DNA from: Patescibacteria group bacterium
Lineage (GTDB): Bacteria; Patescibacteriota; Patescibacteriia; JAHIZJ01
DNA length: 46,077 nucleotides
NCBI GenBank assembly: GCA_018814765.1
Contig: JAHIZJ010000099.1
Location: 1 to 46,077, forward strand
Direction of reading: 5' to 3'
Shown: positions 8,317 to 19,262 of the stretch, piece after piece
Layout: each line of letters begins with the position of its first letter
Numbering within the stretch: the stretch's first letter is position 1
The notes under the pieces: generated by a model
Told to the model about the DNA's origin: nothing
Databases searched by the model: none
What the model saw: only the letters and a program-made list of their open reading frames with translations
Position numbers and translations under genes: made by a program

Positions 8317-9110
8317 TAAAAAACTTTCAAAAAAATCAAGCCGGTGCCACTTTAATCTTAGCCATACTGACAATGGCTGCAATTACCGCCGTGGCTGTAG
8401 CTATCTCCGTTTTGATATTAAATGAAGTTATCACAACGCGTGGCATTACTTATTCCGTTAAGTCATTTTATTCAGCGGAGGCTGCCACAGAACAAGCGCT
8501 TTGGAAAGTGAGAGATGTTCAGCTGAGCGGTGGGACAATAGAGGATGCCGAAGCGGTCATTGATGGGATGAATGGTACTCTAGAAGATTCGCGCGTATCC
8601 TGGGAGCGTACAGCAATTCATAAGAAAGAGTCTATTTCGTTAAACTTAGTCCAAGACGAATCAGTATTCCTTAATGTCTACGATGAAGGTGGACTAGTTC
8701 CCGGTATTTTCCGGATAGAAGATTGTCCTCTTATTGCCAACGTAGAGGCTACCTGGTCGGGTTGGGATCCGGCTTTAGGCTTTTCTGATCAAACCTACAA
8801 ACAGTATCCCGTAGCATGTGATACGGACTATACAATAACACAGCCGGTAGGCCATAACCAGAACAAGTTTAGTTTTCAGTTAAGAGCCTTCGATAATTCC
8901 GTAGTAGATAAGGAATTTATTATTAAAACAGTGGCCGGCGTACCCATTGAAATACCCAGTGAAATACAGATAATTTCAACCGGCGAATATCCCAAGGGAG
9001 GTGCTTACTCGGCAGCTCAAGCTATCCAGGTAAATTTCCCTTGGCTACTACCGATATCAGGTGTTTATTCTTATGTGTTGTTTTCTGATTCGGAATTGAA
9101 TAAAGATTAA
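8313..9110 (+). CDS. PilX-like minor pilus protein (hydrophobic N-terminus without Glu+5)
   Basis: MIKNFQKNQAG|ATLILAILTMAAITAVAVA. It overlaps the previous gene by 4 nt and is the last gene of the pilin block. Confidence 0.6.
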   Translation: MIKNFQKNQAGATLILAILTMAAITAVAVAISVLILNEVITTRGITYSVKSFYSAEAATEQALWKVRDVQLSGGTIEDAEAVIDGMNGTLEDSRVSWERTAIHKKESISLNLVQDESVFLNVYDEGGLVPGIFRIEDCPLIANVEATWSGWDPALGFSDQTYKQYPVACDTDYTITQPVGHNQNKFSFQLRAFDNSVVDKEFIIKTVAGVPIEIPSEIQIISTGEYPKGGAYSAAQAIQVNFPWLLPISGVYSYVLFSDSELNKD

Positions 9111-9195
9111 TAATATTACTTGGTCTATAGGTCGAGTCCAAAATACATTAGTCGTAACTGTTTAATATAACGGAGTTTTAATACAGTGTTATTAT

Positions 9196-11214
9196 ATGAA
9201 CAAAGAGCAGGCTAAAAATCGTATAGCCAAACTAAGACAAGAAATTAACCATCATAGACATCTCTATCATGTATTAGATAAGGTTGAAATTACGGATGCA
9301 GCGCTTGACTCCTTGAAGCATGAGCTAGATCAGCTGGAAAGCCAGTACCCTGATTTAATAACTCCGGAATCTCCCACTCAGCGGGTAGGGGGAAAGCCAC
9401 TTAAAAAGTTCAAAAAAGTTCGGCACACTGCGCCCATGCTTTCACTCAACGACTTGTTTTCCGAAGAAGAGCTAAGTGCTTGGGAGAAGCGCTTGCTTAA
9501 ATTATTGCCGTCACAAACCCGCCTGGATTATTATTCTGAAGTAAAGATGGATGGCTTAGCCGTTACCCTAATTTATCGCCAGGGGGTTTTGCATATTGGT
9601 GCAACACGAGGGGATGGACAAATCGGGGAAGACGTTACACACAATATAAAAACAATTGAAGCAATCCCATTAAAGCTGGAGATTGACCGATTACCAAAAA
9701 AGTTTCGCCAGACAGCCTTAAACGAGGTGGAAATAAGAGGTGAGGTTTTTATGACTAAGGATGTTTTTAAAAGAATAAACCATATCCAAAAAAAGAAGAA
9801 TGAACCGGAGTTCGCCAACCCACGCAATGCCGCCGCCGGTTCTATCAGACAGCTTGATCCTCGGGTTGCAGCCAGAAGAGAGCTTAGCTTCTATGCTTAT
9901 GACTTAGTATCCGATTTAGGTCAGAAAACACATGCTGAGAGTCATGAGCTAGCTAGCCTGCTTGGATTTAAATACAACAAAGAAAACCAATACTGCCGTA
10001 ATCTTGAAGAAATTGTCCTCTACCACAAGAAGATTGATAAACGCAGACAGAAGTTACCCTACCAAATAGATGGAGTCGTGGTGAATATAAATAATCTGGA
10101 AACGTATCAGAAGCTAGGGGTGGTCGGCAAGGCTCCACGTGGAGCGGTAGCCTACAAATATCCTGCTGAGCAAGCTGTATCAATCGTGGAAGCAATAAAG
10201 GTTCAAGTGGGCAGAACGGGCGCCTTGACTCCTGTTGCTTGGTTAAAACCGGTAAAAGTAGCGGGCTCGACTATCAGTCGTGCTACATTGCACAATGAAG
10301 ATGAAATCAAACGACTGGATGTTCGTGTGGGCGATACGGTGATTATACAAAAAGCAGGTGATATAATTCCTGACATTGTGAAGGTGTTGGTAAAATTAAG
10401 AACTGGTAAAGAAAAAAAATTCTATTTCCCCAATCAATGTCCTGTGTGTGGTTCAAAGGTAGCACGTCAGGAGGATGAAGTAGCGTACTACTGCACAAAT
10501 CAAAATTGTTATGCTCAGCTAAAAGAAAAGTTATACCATTTTGTCTCCAAGAAAGCATTTAATATTGATGGTTTGGGTCCAAGAATTATAGATCAGTTAT
10601 TAGAACGGGAGCTAATAGTTGATCCGGCTGATTTATTTACGCTAAAAGAAACCGACGTTGAACCGCTTGAAGGATTTGCAGAAAAAGCCGCTAAAAATTT
10701 AATAGAATCTATTCAGGCGAAGAAAGCTATATCTCTGGGTAAATTAATCTATGCTTTGGGTATTCGTCATATAGGCGAAGAAACGGCCAATGATCTGGCG
10801 GAACACTTTGGTAGTTTGGAAAAGCTTGAGTCTGCTAATATCGAAACATTGTCTCGCATCCATGAAATAGGTGATGTCATGGCTCAAAGTTTATTTAAAT
10901 ACTTTAGACACCCTGAAAATAAAAAATTACTCAACAAGCTTAGACAGCAGAAAATTAAAACATTAAATCCAAAAAAACGTTCCACTAAACTACAAGGCAA
11001 GACATTTGTTCTAACCGGGACTCTAGAAAAGTTTACCCGTGATGAGGCAAAAAATCTTATACGTTCTCTAGGAGGAAGCGTAATCGGCTCAGTCAGTAAA
11101 AAAACGAATTACTTGGTTGCAGGTGGCGAGCCAGGCTCAAAGTATGCGAAAGCAGTCAGCTTAAATATCAAAATAATTACTGAGCTAGAGTTTATTAACC
11201 TTCTGGGCATCTAG
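9196..11214 (+). CDS. ligA: NAD-dependent DNA ligase
   Basis: 672 aa with the adenylation motif EVKMDGLA, a Zn finger CPVCGS...YYCTNQNC, HhH repeats and a C-terminal BRCT (GKTFVLTGTL). Confidence 0.95.
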   Translation: MNKEQAKNRIAKLRQEINHHRHLYHVLDKVEITDAALDSLKHELDQLESQYPDLITPESPTQRVGGKPLKKFKKVRHTAPMLSLNDLFSEEELSAWEKRLLKLLPSQTRLDYYSEVKMDGLAVTLIYRQGVLHIGATRGDGQIGEDVTHNIKTIEAIPLKLEIDRLPKKFRQTALNEVEIRGEVFMTKDVFKRINHIQKKKNEPEFANPRNAAAGSIRQLDPRVAARRELSFYAYDLVSDLGQKTHAESHELASLLGFKYNKENQYCRNLEEIVLYHKKIDKRRQKLPYQIDGVVVNINNLETYQKLGVVGKAPRGAVAYKYPAEQAVSIVEAIKVQVGRTGALTPVAWLKPVKVAGSTISRATLHNEDEIKRLDVRVGDTVIIQKAGDIIPDIVKVLVKLRTGKEKKFYFPNQCPVCGSKVARQEDEVAYYCTNQNCYAQLKEKLYHFVSKKAFNIDGLGPRIIDQLLERELIVDPADLFTLKETDVEPLEGFAEKAAKNLIESIQAKKAISLGKLIYALGIRHIGEETANDLAEHFGSLEKLESANIETLSRIHEIGDVMAQSLFKYFRHPENKKLLNKLRQQKIKTLNPKKRSTKLQGKTFVLTGTLEKFTRDEAKNLIRSLGGSVIGSVSKKTNYLVAGGEPGSKYAKAVSLNIKIITELEFINLLGI

Positions 11215-11274
11215 ACCAGAAGATCCGATTTATATTTTGAAACATTAGAAATAAGTGATATAGTAACCAGTATT

Positions 11275-11568
11275 ATGACAGAAATTACAAAAAAAGAAGT
11301 TGAACACATTGCTGATTTAGCTCGGGTTGAGTTAACCAAACAGGAGCTAGAGATTTTTCAAAAGCAGCTTTCTTCGGTTTTGGATTATATGAAAATATTA
11401 GAGCAGGTTAAGACGGAGCAGGTTAAAGCAACTGCCCACGTAATAGGCCTCAATGGTGTTATGCGCAATGATCTTATGACGGACTGTAAATGCCAAAAGG
11501 ATATTCTTAAGCAAGTACCCATAACTGAGGGTAGAAGCGTAAAAGTGAAAGCGGTTTTCAAAAAATAA
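11275..11568 (+). CDS. gatC: Asp/Glu-tRNA amidotransferase subunit C
   Basis: 97 aa, EVEHIADLARVELTKQELEIFQKQLSSVLDYM, located directly upstream of gatA. Confidence 0.85.
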   Translation: MTEITKKEVEHIADLARVELTKQELEIFQKQLSSVLDYMKILEQVKTEQVKATAHVIGLNGVMRNDLMTDCKCQKDILKQVPITEGRSVKVKAVFKK

Positions 11569-11573
11569 ATAAT

Positions 11574-13034
11574 ATGGAATTAACTAGATTAACTTTAAAA
11601 GAAGCAAATCAGGGCTTGTCCACTAAGCAGTTTTCTTGCAGGGAGCTGATTCAGGCAAGTATTGATCGGATAAACAGTACCGATTCAAAGATTAACGCGA
11701 TCATAACAAAGACAGACTCAAACGCACTGGACCAGGCTGATAAGCTAGACCAGCTAATAATGAAGGGTCACAAACCTACCGCCCTGGAGGGCGTCCCTGT
11801 TGGCCTTAAAGACAATTTGGTCACGCAAGGGATAAAAACCACCGCTGGCTCAAAAATACTTGAACCGTATGTTCCACCATATACCGCCACGGCTGTCGAA
11901 AAACTAAACAAAGCAGGCGCTATTACAATAGGTAAAACAAATTGTGATGAATTTGGTATGGGTGCTTCGGGAGAAAATTCAAGCTATAAGCCCACAAAAA
12001 ACCCTTGGGACCTAAAACGGGTACCTGGAGGATCTTCTTCGGGCTCTGCAGCAGCCGTATCAAGCGGTCAATGCCTATTTGCCCTAGGAACAGATACAGG
12101 TGGATCTGTCAGGCAACCAGCCAGCTTTTGTAATTTAGTCGGACTGAAGCCAACCTATGGTCGTATCTCGCGATATGGAGTAATTGCTCTGGCTTCGTCT
12201 TTGGATCAAGTGGGGGTTCTGTCACGTACGGTTGACGATGCAGCTGCCATACTTCAGTGTATTGCCGGGCATGACAAAAAAGACTCAACGAGCCTTAGAA
12301 AGGCCGTCCCGAATTATACAAAAGAAATAACAGACGTATCTCCAAAATTAAAGATTGGTGTACCGAAAGAATTTTTTATAGATGGAATGGATAAAGGGGT
12401 GGAGGAACTTATTAAGGACGTGATTCAGTTTTATAGTGATAGCGGACATGAAGTTACTGAAATAAGCTTGCCTCATACTGCAGAGGCCTTGGCCGTTTAT
12501 TATCTGATTCTAACGGCGGAGGCATCATCGAATTTAGCCAGGTATGATGGTGTGCGGTTTGGTCTTTCAAGGGACGATAAAGCCAAGAGTCTGATTGACT
12601 TTTATCGACAAACACGAGCTGCTGGCTTTGGTCCAGAGGTAAAACGGAGAATAATGCTGGGGACATATGCACTATCATCGGGATACTATGAAGCATATTA
12701 CCTAAAAGCCCAAAAGGTCAGAACACTGATTATCGATGATTATCAAAAGGCTTTTAAAAAAGTGGATTGCTTGATAACTCCGACTGCTCCAACACCGGCA
12801 TTTAAGCTGGGTGAAAAATATGAAGACCCCTTAACTATGTATTTATCTGACATCTTTACCGTTTCTGCTAATATTGCTGGCTTACCGGCAATTTCAGTGC
12901 CTGCAGGATTGTCGCAGGGACTACCTGTGGGTATGCAGATTATGGGTCAACACTATCAGGAGCTACAAATACTACAGCTGGCTCATCTTTATCAGCAGAA
13001 AACAAAGTGGCAGAAACAATATCCGAAGCTATAA
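11574..13034 (+). CDS. gatA: Asp/Glu-tRNA amidotransferase subunit A
   Basis: Amidase signature GGSSSGSAAAV and GTDTGGSVRQPA, 486 aa. Confidence 0.95.
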   Translation: MELTRLTLKEANQGLSTKQFSCRELIQASIDRINSTDSKINAIITKTDSNALDQADKLDQLIMKGHKPTALEGVPVGLKDNLVTQGIKTTAGSKILEPYVPPYTATAVEKLNKAGAITIGKTNCDEFGMGASGENSSYKPTKNPWDLKRVPGGSSSGSAAAVSSGQCLFALGTDTGGSVRQPASFCNLVGLKPTYGRISRYGVIALASSLDQVGVLSRTVDDAAAILQCIAGHDKKDSTSLRKAVPNYTKEITDVSPKLKIGVPKEFFIDGMDKGVEELIKDVIQFYSDSGHEVTEISLPHTAEALAVYYLILTAEASSNLARYDGVRFGLSRDDKAKSLIDFYRQTRAAGFGPEVKRRIMLGTYALSSGYYEAYYLKAQKVRTLIIDDYQKAFKKVDCLITPTAPTPAFKLGEKYEDPLTMYLSDIFTVSANIAGLPAISVPAGLSQGLPVGMQIMGQHYQELQILQLAHLYQQKTKWQKQYPKL

Positions 13035-13038
13035 ACCC

Positions 13039-13067
13039 TTGCCCAAATAAAATACATATGGTATAAT
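13039..13067 (+). promoter_or_regulatory. Sigma70-like promoter upstream of the receiver gene
   Basis: TTGCCC (13039-13044), 17-nt spacer, TATAAT (13062-13067). Confidence 0.45.
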
Positions 13068-13098
13068 CCCTAGTGATAAACATTTAATAAAACAGACA

Positions 13099-13476
13099 AT
13101 GGCCAATAAATTGAAAGTACTCTTAGTCGAAGATGAAAAAATGCTTTCCTCAATGTATGCTACAAAGTTTACCAAAGAGGGGTATGATTTATCTGCCGCC
13201 TATGATGGTGAGGAGGGACTAGCTAAAGCCAAAAGCTTGAAACCCGATATAATTCTATTGGACATAATAATGCCAAAGATTGATGGCTTTGTAGTACTAA
13301 AAGCCCTCAAAGAAGATCCAGAGCTGAAAAAAATACCCGTTATTCTTCTCACTAACCTAGGTCAAGATGAAGATATTAAAAAGGGTAAAGAGCTTGGGGC
13401 TTGTGATTATTTTATAAAGGCGAACCACACACCAGCTGAAGTAGTGGAAAAGGTTCAATCAGTTTTTGAGAAATAA
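13099..13476 (+). CDS. Stand-alone response-regulator receiver domain (CheY-like)
   Basis: 125 aa with VLLVEDE, LLDIIMPKIDG (phospho-acceptor Asp) and ILLTNLG...KANH. There is no output domain. Confidence 0.85.
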   Translation: MANKLKVLLVEDEKMLSSMYATKFTKEGYDLSAAYDGEEGLAKAKSLKPDIILLDIIMPKIDGFVVLKALKEDPELKKIPVILLTNLGQDEDIKKGKELGACDYFIKANHTPAEVVEKVQSVFEK

Positions 13477-13477
13477 T

Positions 13478-14080
13478 ATGACCAAACAAGACTTTGCACA
13501 TGAAAAAACAGTAGTCCTAGTAAAGACAGACGGCGTACGTCGTGGCTTAATAGGAGAAATACTACAGCGCTTTGAAAAAGTTGGCCTAAAGATTGTAGCA
13601 TTAAAAATGGTTTGGGTGGACAAAGACATGGTAGCAAAACATTATCCTGACAGTAGAACGGAATTATTAGAAGGGATAGGCAAAAAGACCTTAGCTACAT
13701 ATGAAAAGTACGGTCGCGACCCAAAAGAGGAGCTGGGTACAATGGTTCCTTTAGAGATTGGTCGCATGGTAAACAAGTGGAATATGGAATTTTTAAGTTC
13801 CGGCCCGGTTGTAGCTGTGCTTATACAGGGATTGCATGCTATCGATAATGTTCGCATGATGGCCGGCCATACATTGCCTACCTTTGCAGAGCCGGGCACT
13901 ATTCGTGGTGATTACTCCATTGACTCCCCGGTATTAGCCAATGAACGTAAGCGTACTGTTAGAAATGTCATGCATGCGTCAGGTAATTTGGAAGAAGCAA
14001 AATATGAAGAGGAGCTTTGGTTTAAAAAGGAAGAAATATACGACTACAAGAGAAGCGACGAAGAAATTATGTTTGAATAG
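13478..14080 (+). CDS. ndk: Nucleoside diphosphate kinase (long form)
   Basis: EKTVVLVKTDGVRRGLIGEILQRFEKVGLKIVALKM and RNVMHASG (catalytic His). ATG 13478 is preferred over the track's TTG at 13466. Confidence 0.85.
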   Translation: MTKQDFAHEKTVVLVKTDGVRRGLIGEILQRFEKVGLKIVALKMVWVDKDMVAKHYPDSRTELLEGIGKKTLATYEKYGRDPKEELGTMVPLEIGRMVNKWNMEFLSSGPVVAVLIQGLHAIDNVRMMAGHTLPTFAEPGTIRGDYSIDSPVLANERKRTVRNVMHASGNLEEAKYEEELWFKKEEIYDYKRSDEEIMFE

Positions 14081-14087
14081 CCTATAC

Positions 14088-14115
14088 TTGACTTGTGGTC
14101 TGGTTTGGGTATAAT
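14088..14115 (+). promoter_or_regulatory. Sigma70-like promoter upstream of a small ORF
   Basis: TTGACT (14088-14093), 16-nt spacer, TATAAT (14110-14115). Confidence 0.4.
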
Positions 14116-14124
14116 AAATATATT

Positions 14125-14238
14125 ATGAAAAATAAAAGTTTTTCCGCAATCCTATCTCAACAAGTCTTTTTTATAGTTAGTGTAATGCTAATGTCCGCTG
14201 TATGGATATACGAGTTTCTGGTGATAACACGCAGATAA
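14125..14238 (+). CDS. Possible 37-aa small membrane protein
   Basis: Hand translation gives MKNKSFSAILSQQVFFIVSVMLMSAVWIYEFLVITRR. It lies between a consensus-like promoter and a hairpin plus T-run at about 14256-14285. It is below the ORF-track length cutoff. Confidence 0.35.
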   Translation: MKNKSFSAILSQQVFFIVSVMLMSAVWIYEFLVITRR

Positions 14239-14419
14239 ATAGTGGAGTAATAAAAAATGGTCTATTACTAGGCCATGTTTTTATTTACTAATATTCAGGT
14301 TTTTTAAGATAAATGTTACAATGCACAAGCAGGCATCCTTTATTCTGTGGAACCCCACCTGCTACATTCCGCTTTGTTCCGGACTATTTAAGGCTTCTGT
14401 GCATAGGCATATAACCATT

Positions 14420-14496
14420 CGGGGTATAGCGCAGTTGGCTAGCGCGTACGCATGGGGTGCGTGAGGTCGTGGGTTCGAGTCCCACTACCCCGACCA
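14420..14496 (+). tRNA. tRNA-Pro (anticodon GGG), CCA encoded
   Basis: Hand-folded cloverleaf: CGGGGTA|TA|GCGC-AGTTGGCTA-GCGC|G|TACGC-ATGGGGT-GCGTG|AGGTC|GTGGG-TTCGAGT-CCCAC|TACCCCG|A|CCA. Confidence 0.9.
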
Positions 14497-14520
14497 AGGT
14501 GTAGCTGAAAAAACATCTAT

Positions 14521-14703
14521 TTAGGTTTTTGCTTGTTTCTTTGTAAGGGTTTTTTGACAGTTTGAGCAAATCTTCAGTTTTTTTCCATCAACTACTTGTT
14601 TCTGAACATTCAAATATTTACTTCTTTTAGTCGCTATATTTGAATGACTTCTTGAAACCGACGACTGTGTACCACGCTGACAAATATCACATGCTCGAGA
14701 CAT
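14521..14703 (-). CDS. rpmB: 50S ribosomal protein L28
   Basis: MSRACDICQRGTQSSVSRSHSNIATKRSKYLNVQ matches the L28 N-terminal pattern (MSR.C...G......SHS...TKR...N.Q). Confidence 0.8.
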   Translation of the reverse strand: MSRACDICQRGTQSSVSRSHSNIATKRSKYLNVQKQVVDGKKLKICSNCQKTLTKKQAKT

Positions 14704-14778
14704 AAATTGATCATTAGTTTATTTAATATAAATCCATAAATCTAACTATATAACAATCTATACAAATAATCAATATTG

Positions 14779-15399
14779 ATGCTTATTAGCCTACTCTTCA
14801 CAAATACACCATTTTTTATATCTTGGGTAGTTGCAATTATTATTGCTATAACTTTCCATGAGTTCTCTCATGCTTTAGCTTCGTCTGTGCAAGGAGATAA
14901 AACCGCTCAATATGCGGGTCGGCTGACATTAAACCCGTTAGCTCACTTAGACCCACTAGGTACTTTAATGTTGTTGTTTATTGGTTTTGGTTACGGTCGT
15001 CCTGTGCCATTCAATCCCTTTAATTTAAAGAATCAACGTTTTGGTCCGGCCATTGTAGCAATAGCGGGTCCGGCCTCAAACTTGGTAATGATATTTCTAT
15101 TTGGTTTTTTATTGAAGCTCCTTATCCCATATTATGATGTCGACAATTTATTGATCATTTTTCTGGTCAATCTTGTCCAGATAAATGTAATACTGTTTGT
15201 ATTTAATCTATTCCCAATACCACCATTAGATGGGTCAAAGGTGTTATTTGCTATACTACCACCAGCTTTTGAGAACGTTAGAACCTTTTTAGAGCAATAT
15301 GGACCGTTTGTATTGCTGGGGCTTCTGTTCTTTGGGCAGGGAATATTTCGTGTTGTTTTTGACTTTTTTCTAAATTTAACGTATAACATACTATCATAG
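14779..15399 (+). CDS. Site-2 protease family (peptidase M50) membrane metalloprotease
   Basis: HEFSHAL (HExxH) lies in a TM helix, with a later NLFPIPPLDGS motif. ATG 14779 is preferred over the TTG at 14776. Confidence 0.8.
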   Translation: MLISLLFTNTPFFISWVVAIIIAITFHEFSHALASSVQGDKTAQYAGRLTLNPLAHLDPLGTLMLLFIGFGYGRPVPFNPFNLKNQRFGPAIVAIAGPASNLVMIFLFGFLLKLLIPYYDVDNLLIIFLVNLVQINVILFVFNLFPIPPLDGSKVLFAILPPAFENVRTFLEQYGPFVLLGLLFFGQGIFRVVFDFFLNLTYNILS

Positions 15400-15482
15400 G
15401 AATTGACCTTAGTATAAATTAATGCTAATCTAAGATAGAAATTTTACTAGCAGTAGATCTAACCCGAATAAATTAGGCTGAC

Positions 15483-15908
15483 ATGCCAACAATCAACCAA
15501 TTAGTAAGAAAAGGGCGAAAAACCCAAATAACTAAATCAAAGACCCCAGCCTTGTCGACCGTTCTTAATGCTCTCAAGAGACGTCGCTATAAATTGCCTC
15601 GTGGGAGTGCGTTTAAACGTGGAGTTTGTGTTAAAGTAACTACCGTAACGCCAAAAAAGCCTAATTCAGCCCTTCGTAAGATAGCTCGCGTTAAACTCTC
15701 AAATGGAATGGAAGTTACAGCGTATATCCCAGGAATAGGTCATAATTTGCAGGAGCACTCAATTGTTATGATTCGTGGAGGCAGAGTTAAGGACTTACCT
15801 GGAGTTAGGTATCATATTGTTCGCGGAGTTTATGATACACTAGGGGTGGAGGGGCGAAAACAAAGCCGTAGTCTCTACGGTACTAAAAGAGAAAAAGCTA
15901 AAGCCTAA
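15483..15908 (+). CDS. rpsL: 30S ribosomal protein S12
   Basis: [13 protein letters not shown]...[10 protein letters not shown]. Confidence 0.97.
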   Translation: MPTINQLVRKGRKTQITKSKTPALSTVLNALKRRRYKLPRGSAFKRGVCVKVTTVTPKKPNSALRKIARVKLSNGMEVTAYIPGIGHNLQEHSIVMIRGGRVKDLPGVRYHIVRGVYDTLGVEGRKQSRSLYGTKREKAKA

Positions 15909-15911
15909 ACT

Positions 15912-16379
15912 ATGAGATCAAAACGTGCACCCGTAAGAAAAATATTGGCAGACCCGAAATATAATAATATTACGATCGGTAAGTTTATTAATTATATTAT
16001 GCAACGGGGTAAAAAAACTGTAGCCCAAAAGGTTGTCTATGATATGTTGGACCACATTTCTAAAGTTTCAAAGCGTGACCCTCTTGAAATGTTTGATCAA
16101 GCCCTAAATAATGTAACCCCGGTCTTGGAAGTAAAATCTCGTCGAATCGGTGGAGCTAATTATCAAATACCCATTGAGGTGAGAGGCAGTCGAAAAATGA
16201 CTTTAGCAGTTCGTTGGATAATCGCTGCAGCCAAAGGTCGTAAAGGTAAATCTATTTCAATACGTCTGGCCGAGGAGCTATTAGCAGCTGCAGACAACCA
16301 GGGCGAAGCTATTAAAAAGAAAGAAGATGTCCATCGAATGGCTGAGGCTAACCGCGCCTTTGCTCACTTTGCTAGATAG
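15912..16379 (+). CDS. rpsG: 30S ribosomal protein S7
   Basis: Follows rpsL; contains VEVKSRRIGGANYQIPIEV. Confidence 0.95.
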   Translation: MRSKRAPVRKILADPKYNNITIGKFINYIMQRGKKTVAQKVVYDMLDHISKVSKRDPLEMFDQALNNVTPVLEVKSRRIGGANYQIPIEVRGSRKMTLAVRWIIAAAKGRKGKSISIRLAEELLAAADNQGEAIKKKEDVHRMAEANRAFAHFAR

Positions 16380-16482
16380 ACATGTTGTGATACAGAAGAA
16401 TGAATTATGAAAGTTGGCATGATGAGAGAATATTTAGTCAGGATGAGCGCACCGTACTTTCGTTCACTTTGTATAGGCAAAA

Positions 16483-17133
16483 ATGAATAAGACAAGAAAG
16501 AAGCTTTTTTTAATATCTATGATAGTTCTGACTCTAGTTATAGTTGGAGCTAGCTGTGGAAGCTCTTTTACGAGCACAAAGACTGCATCATTTCAAGATT
16601 TTAATATTACGGATGCTCAGTTGGAAAGTGAAAAATTTCTTCAGCGAATTGATGAAGCGGAAGTCAAAGCCCAAGAATGGCAATCTGATGCATACCTTTT
16701 TACGATAAATATATATTTTGAAAATGAGATAATCTCATCTGAAATAAAACCGATACTCTATTATACTTCTTTAGATGAAGGTGGAAATAACGATTTCTAC
16801 GTAGAGCTGAGTAAGGACTTGAACGAATTAGTTGCCTGGGGTGAAGAGCCAAGACTATCGGAGGACGTTGGAAGCGAATTTTTAGAAATATTTACTGATG
16901 AAATTGTCTATGGTTATGCTCAGGCTTTGGAAATAGCTGAACAAAACGGTGGCAGTGAATTTCGTAGCGAACATGATGACACACAAACCATTTTGGATTT
17001 ATATAAAAACTATCAAGTAGGTCTGGAGTGGGGAGTGTATTATGCAGAGATGTCAACGCTCGATGAATATGACGTTTTGAGAGTGTTTATTGATCCGGTC
17101 GAGGGTCAAATAATAGAAATTGTAAATAATTAA
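16483..17133 (+). CDS. Hypothetical exported protein / putative lipoprotein
   Basis: Signal-like N-terminus MNKTRKKLFLISMIVLTLVIVGASCGS with an acidic body. It is inserted between rpsG and fusA. Confidence 0.55.
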   Translation: MNKTRKKLFLISMIVLTLVIVGASCGSSFTSTKTASFQDFNITDAQLESEKFLQRIDEAEVKAQEWQSDAYLFTINIYFENEIISSEIKPILYYTSLDEGGNNDFYVELSKDLNELVAWGEEPRLSEDVGSEFLEIFTDEIVYGYAQALEIAEQNGGSEFRSEHDDTQTILDLYKNYQVGLEWGVYYAEMSTLDEYDVLRVFIDPVEGQIIEIVNN

Positions 17134-17150
17134 ACGAAGGAGAGTAAAAA

Positions 17151-19238
17151 GTGCCACGAAAATTTCCATTAGAAAAAACAAGAAATATCGGAATTATTGC
17201 TCATATTGATGCGGGCAAAACCACCGTTACTGAGCGTATTCTTTTTTATACAGGAAAAAAACATAAGATTGGCGAAGTACATGAAGGAGAAGCTGAAATG
17301 GACTGGATGGAACAGGAGCAGGAGCGAGGTATTACTATAACCTCTGCTGCTACTACCTGTTTTTGGAAAGACCATTTGATTAATATTATTGATACACCTG
17401 GTCATATAGATTTTACAGTTGAAGTTCAGCGTTCGCTTCGTGTCCTAGATGGTGGAGTTGTGGTTTTTGACGGAGTTGCCGGTGTGGAGCCTCAATCAGA
17501 GACAGTCTGGCATCAGGCAGAAAAATTCAGCGTCCCACTGGTTGCTTTTATCAACAAAATGGACAGAACAGGAGCTGATTTTTACGCTGACCTGGATTCA
17601 ATATATGAACGACTAACAACACACGCTCATCCGGTGCAGTTACCTATTGGCGCTGAAGACAATTTTCAAGGCATTGTCGATCTTTTTACTCGCAAAGCTC
17701 GTATTTATAAAGATGATTTAGGCAAAGAATGGGAAGACACCGATGTCCCCGATGACCTCAAGGATAAAGTTGAAGAGTATCACAGTAAGTTAGTTGAAGC
17801 GATTGCTGAGCATGATGATGAATTACTGCAGAAGTTTCTTGATGGCCAGGATATAGAAATAGATGATCTAAAACGTGTTTTAAGAAAAGCTACGATCGAA
17901 AATAAGATTGTACCGGTCTTATGTGGCTCGGCACTGAAAAACAAAGGTGCTCAGTTTTTATTGGATGCTGTCAATGAATATTTACCCTCTCCTGTGGATG
18001 TAAAGGCCGTAAGCGGATTTAATCCAAATACAGAAGCCAAAGAAGAACGCTCAGCCGACGATGCTGCTCCTTTTTCTGCTTTGGCGTTTAAAATAGCTGC
18101 TGATCCCTATGTGGGAAAATTATGTTTCTTTCGAGTTTACTCTGGGACATTAAACTCCGGATCATACGTTCTTAATACTTCAACCGGTGAGAAGGAACGC
18201 GTTGGTAGAATAGTTCGAATGCACGCTAACCATCGAGAAGAAGTTGAGCAGGTATATGCCGGTGAGATTGCTGCCGCAGTAGGCCTTAAAAAAACAACTA
18301 CCGGCAATACTTTATGTGACACTGATAAGCCAATAGTTTTAGAGTCAATTACTTTCCCCGAGCCGGTTATTTCTATGGCCATTGAGCCAAAGACAAAAGC
18401 TGACCAGGAAAAGATGGGTATTGCCATTGCTCGACTGGTTGAAGAAGATCCTACCCTGAAAGTGAAAACCAATGAAGAAACCAATCAGACAGTTATATCT
18501 GGAATGGGAGAGCTACACTTGGACATTATTATCGACCGAATGAAGAGAGAGTTCAAGGTTGAGGCAAGCACTGGCAGTCCCCAGGTTGCTTACAAAGAAA
18601 CAATCAAACAAATGGCTGAAGCGGAAGGTAAATATGTTCGTCAGTCGGGTGGTCGAGGACAATACGGTCATTGCTGGTTAAGGGTTGAGCCTCAGGAACG
18701 TGGTAAGGGATTTGAATTTAAAGACGAGGTTAAGGGTGGTGTGATTCCAAAAGAATATATTCTTCCTATTCAAAAAGGTGTGGTGGAGGCGTTAAGCAAT
18801 GGCGTTGTGGCGGGTAATCCCATGATTGATGTCAAAGTAACTGTTTATGATGGTAGTTATCATGAAGTTGATTCCTCAGAGGGGGCGTTCAAAATAGCTG
18901 GCTCCATCGGTTTCCAGGCAGCAGCAAAAAAAGCTAAACCAATTATACTCGAACCAATAATGAAAGTTGAGGCGATAGTGCCAGAACAATATATGGGGGA
19001 TGTTATTGGTGATCTAAACTCAAAGCGCAGTCAAATACAGGAAATGCGTGATCGTGGTAATATGAAAGTCATTGATGCCCATACTCCGCTAGCCGAGATG
19101 TTTGGTTATGCCACACAGCTACGTTCCATGACGCAAGGGCGCGGTAGCTATAATATGGAATTCTTAAACTACTCCGAAGTACCAAAGCAAATAGTGGAAC
19201 AGATGAAAGAGGAACAAGGAAGTAGCAAGAAAGAATAA
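17151..19238 (+). CDS. fusA: Elongation factor G
   Basis: GTG start 7 nt after GGAGAG. G-domain motifs [14 protein letters not shown] and NKMD; 695 aa. Confidence 0.97.
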   Translation: MPRKFPLEKTRNIGIIAHIDAGKTTVTERILFYTGKKHKIGEVHEGEAEMDWMEQEQERGITITSAATTCFWKDHLINIIDTPGHIDFTVEVQRSLRVLDGGVVVFDGVAGVEPQSETVWHQAEKFSVPLVAFINKMDRTGADFYADLDSIYERLTTHAHPVQLPIGAEDNFQGIVDLFTRKARIYKDDLGKEWEDTDVPDDLKDKVEEYHSKLVEAIAEHDDELLQKFLDGQDIEIDDLKRVLRKATIENKIVPVLCGSALKNKGAQFLLDAVNEYLPSPVDVKAVSGFNPNTEAKEERSADDAAPFSALAFKIAADPYVGKLCFFRVYSGTLNSGSYVLNTSTGEKERVGRIVRMHANHREEVEQVYAGEIAAAVGLKKTTTGNTLCDTDKPIVLESITFPEPVISMAIEPKTKADQEKMGIAIARLVEEDPTLKVKTNEETNQTVISGMGELHLDIIIDRMKREFKVEASTGSPQVAYKETIKQMAEAEGKYVRQSGGRGQYGHCWLRVEPQERGKGFEFKDEVKGGVIPKEYILPIQKGVVEALSNGVVAGNPMIDVKVTVYDGSYHEVDSSEGAFKIAGSIGFQAAAKKAKPIILEPIMKVEAIVPEQYMGDVIGDLNSKRSQIQEMRDRGNMKVIDAHTPLAEMFGYATQLRSMTQGRGSYNMEFLNYSEVPKQIVEQMKEEQGSSKKE

Positions 19239-19262
19239 TTTTTTATTATTAATATTAAGATT

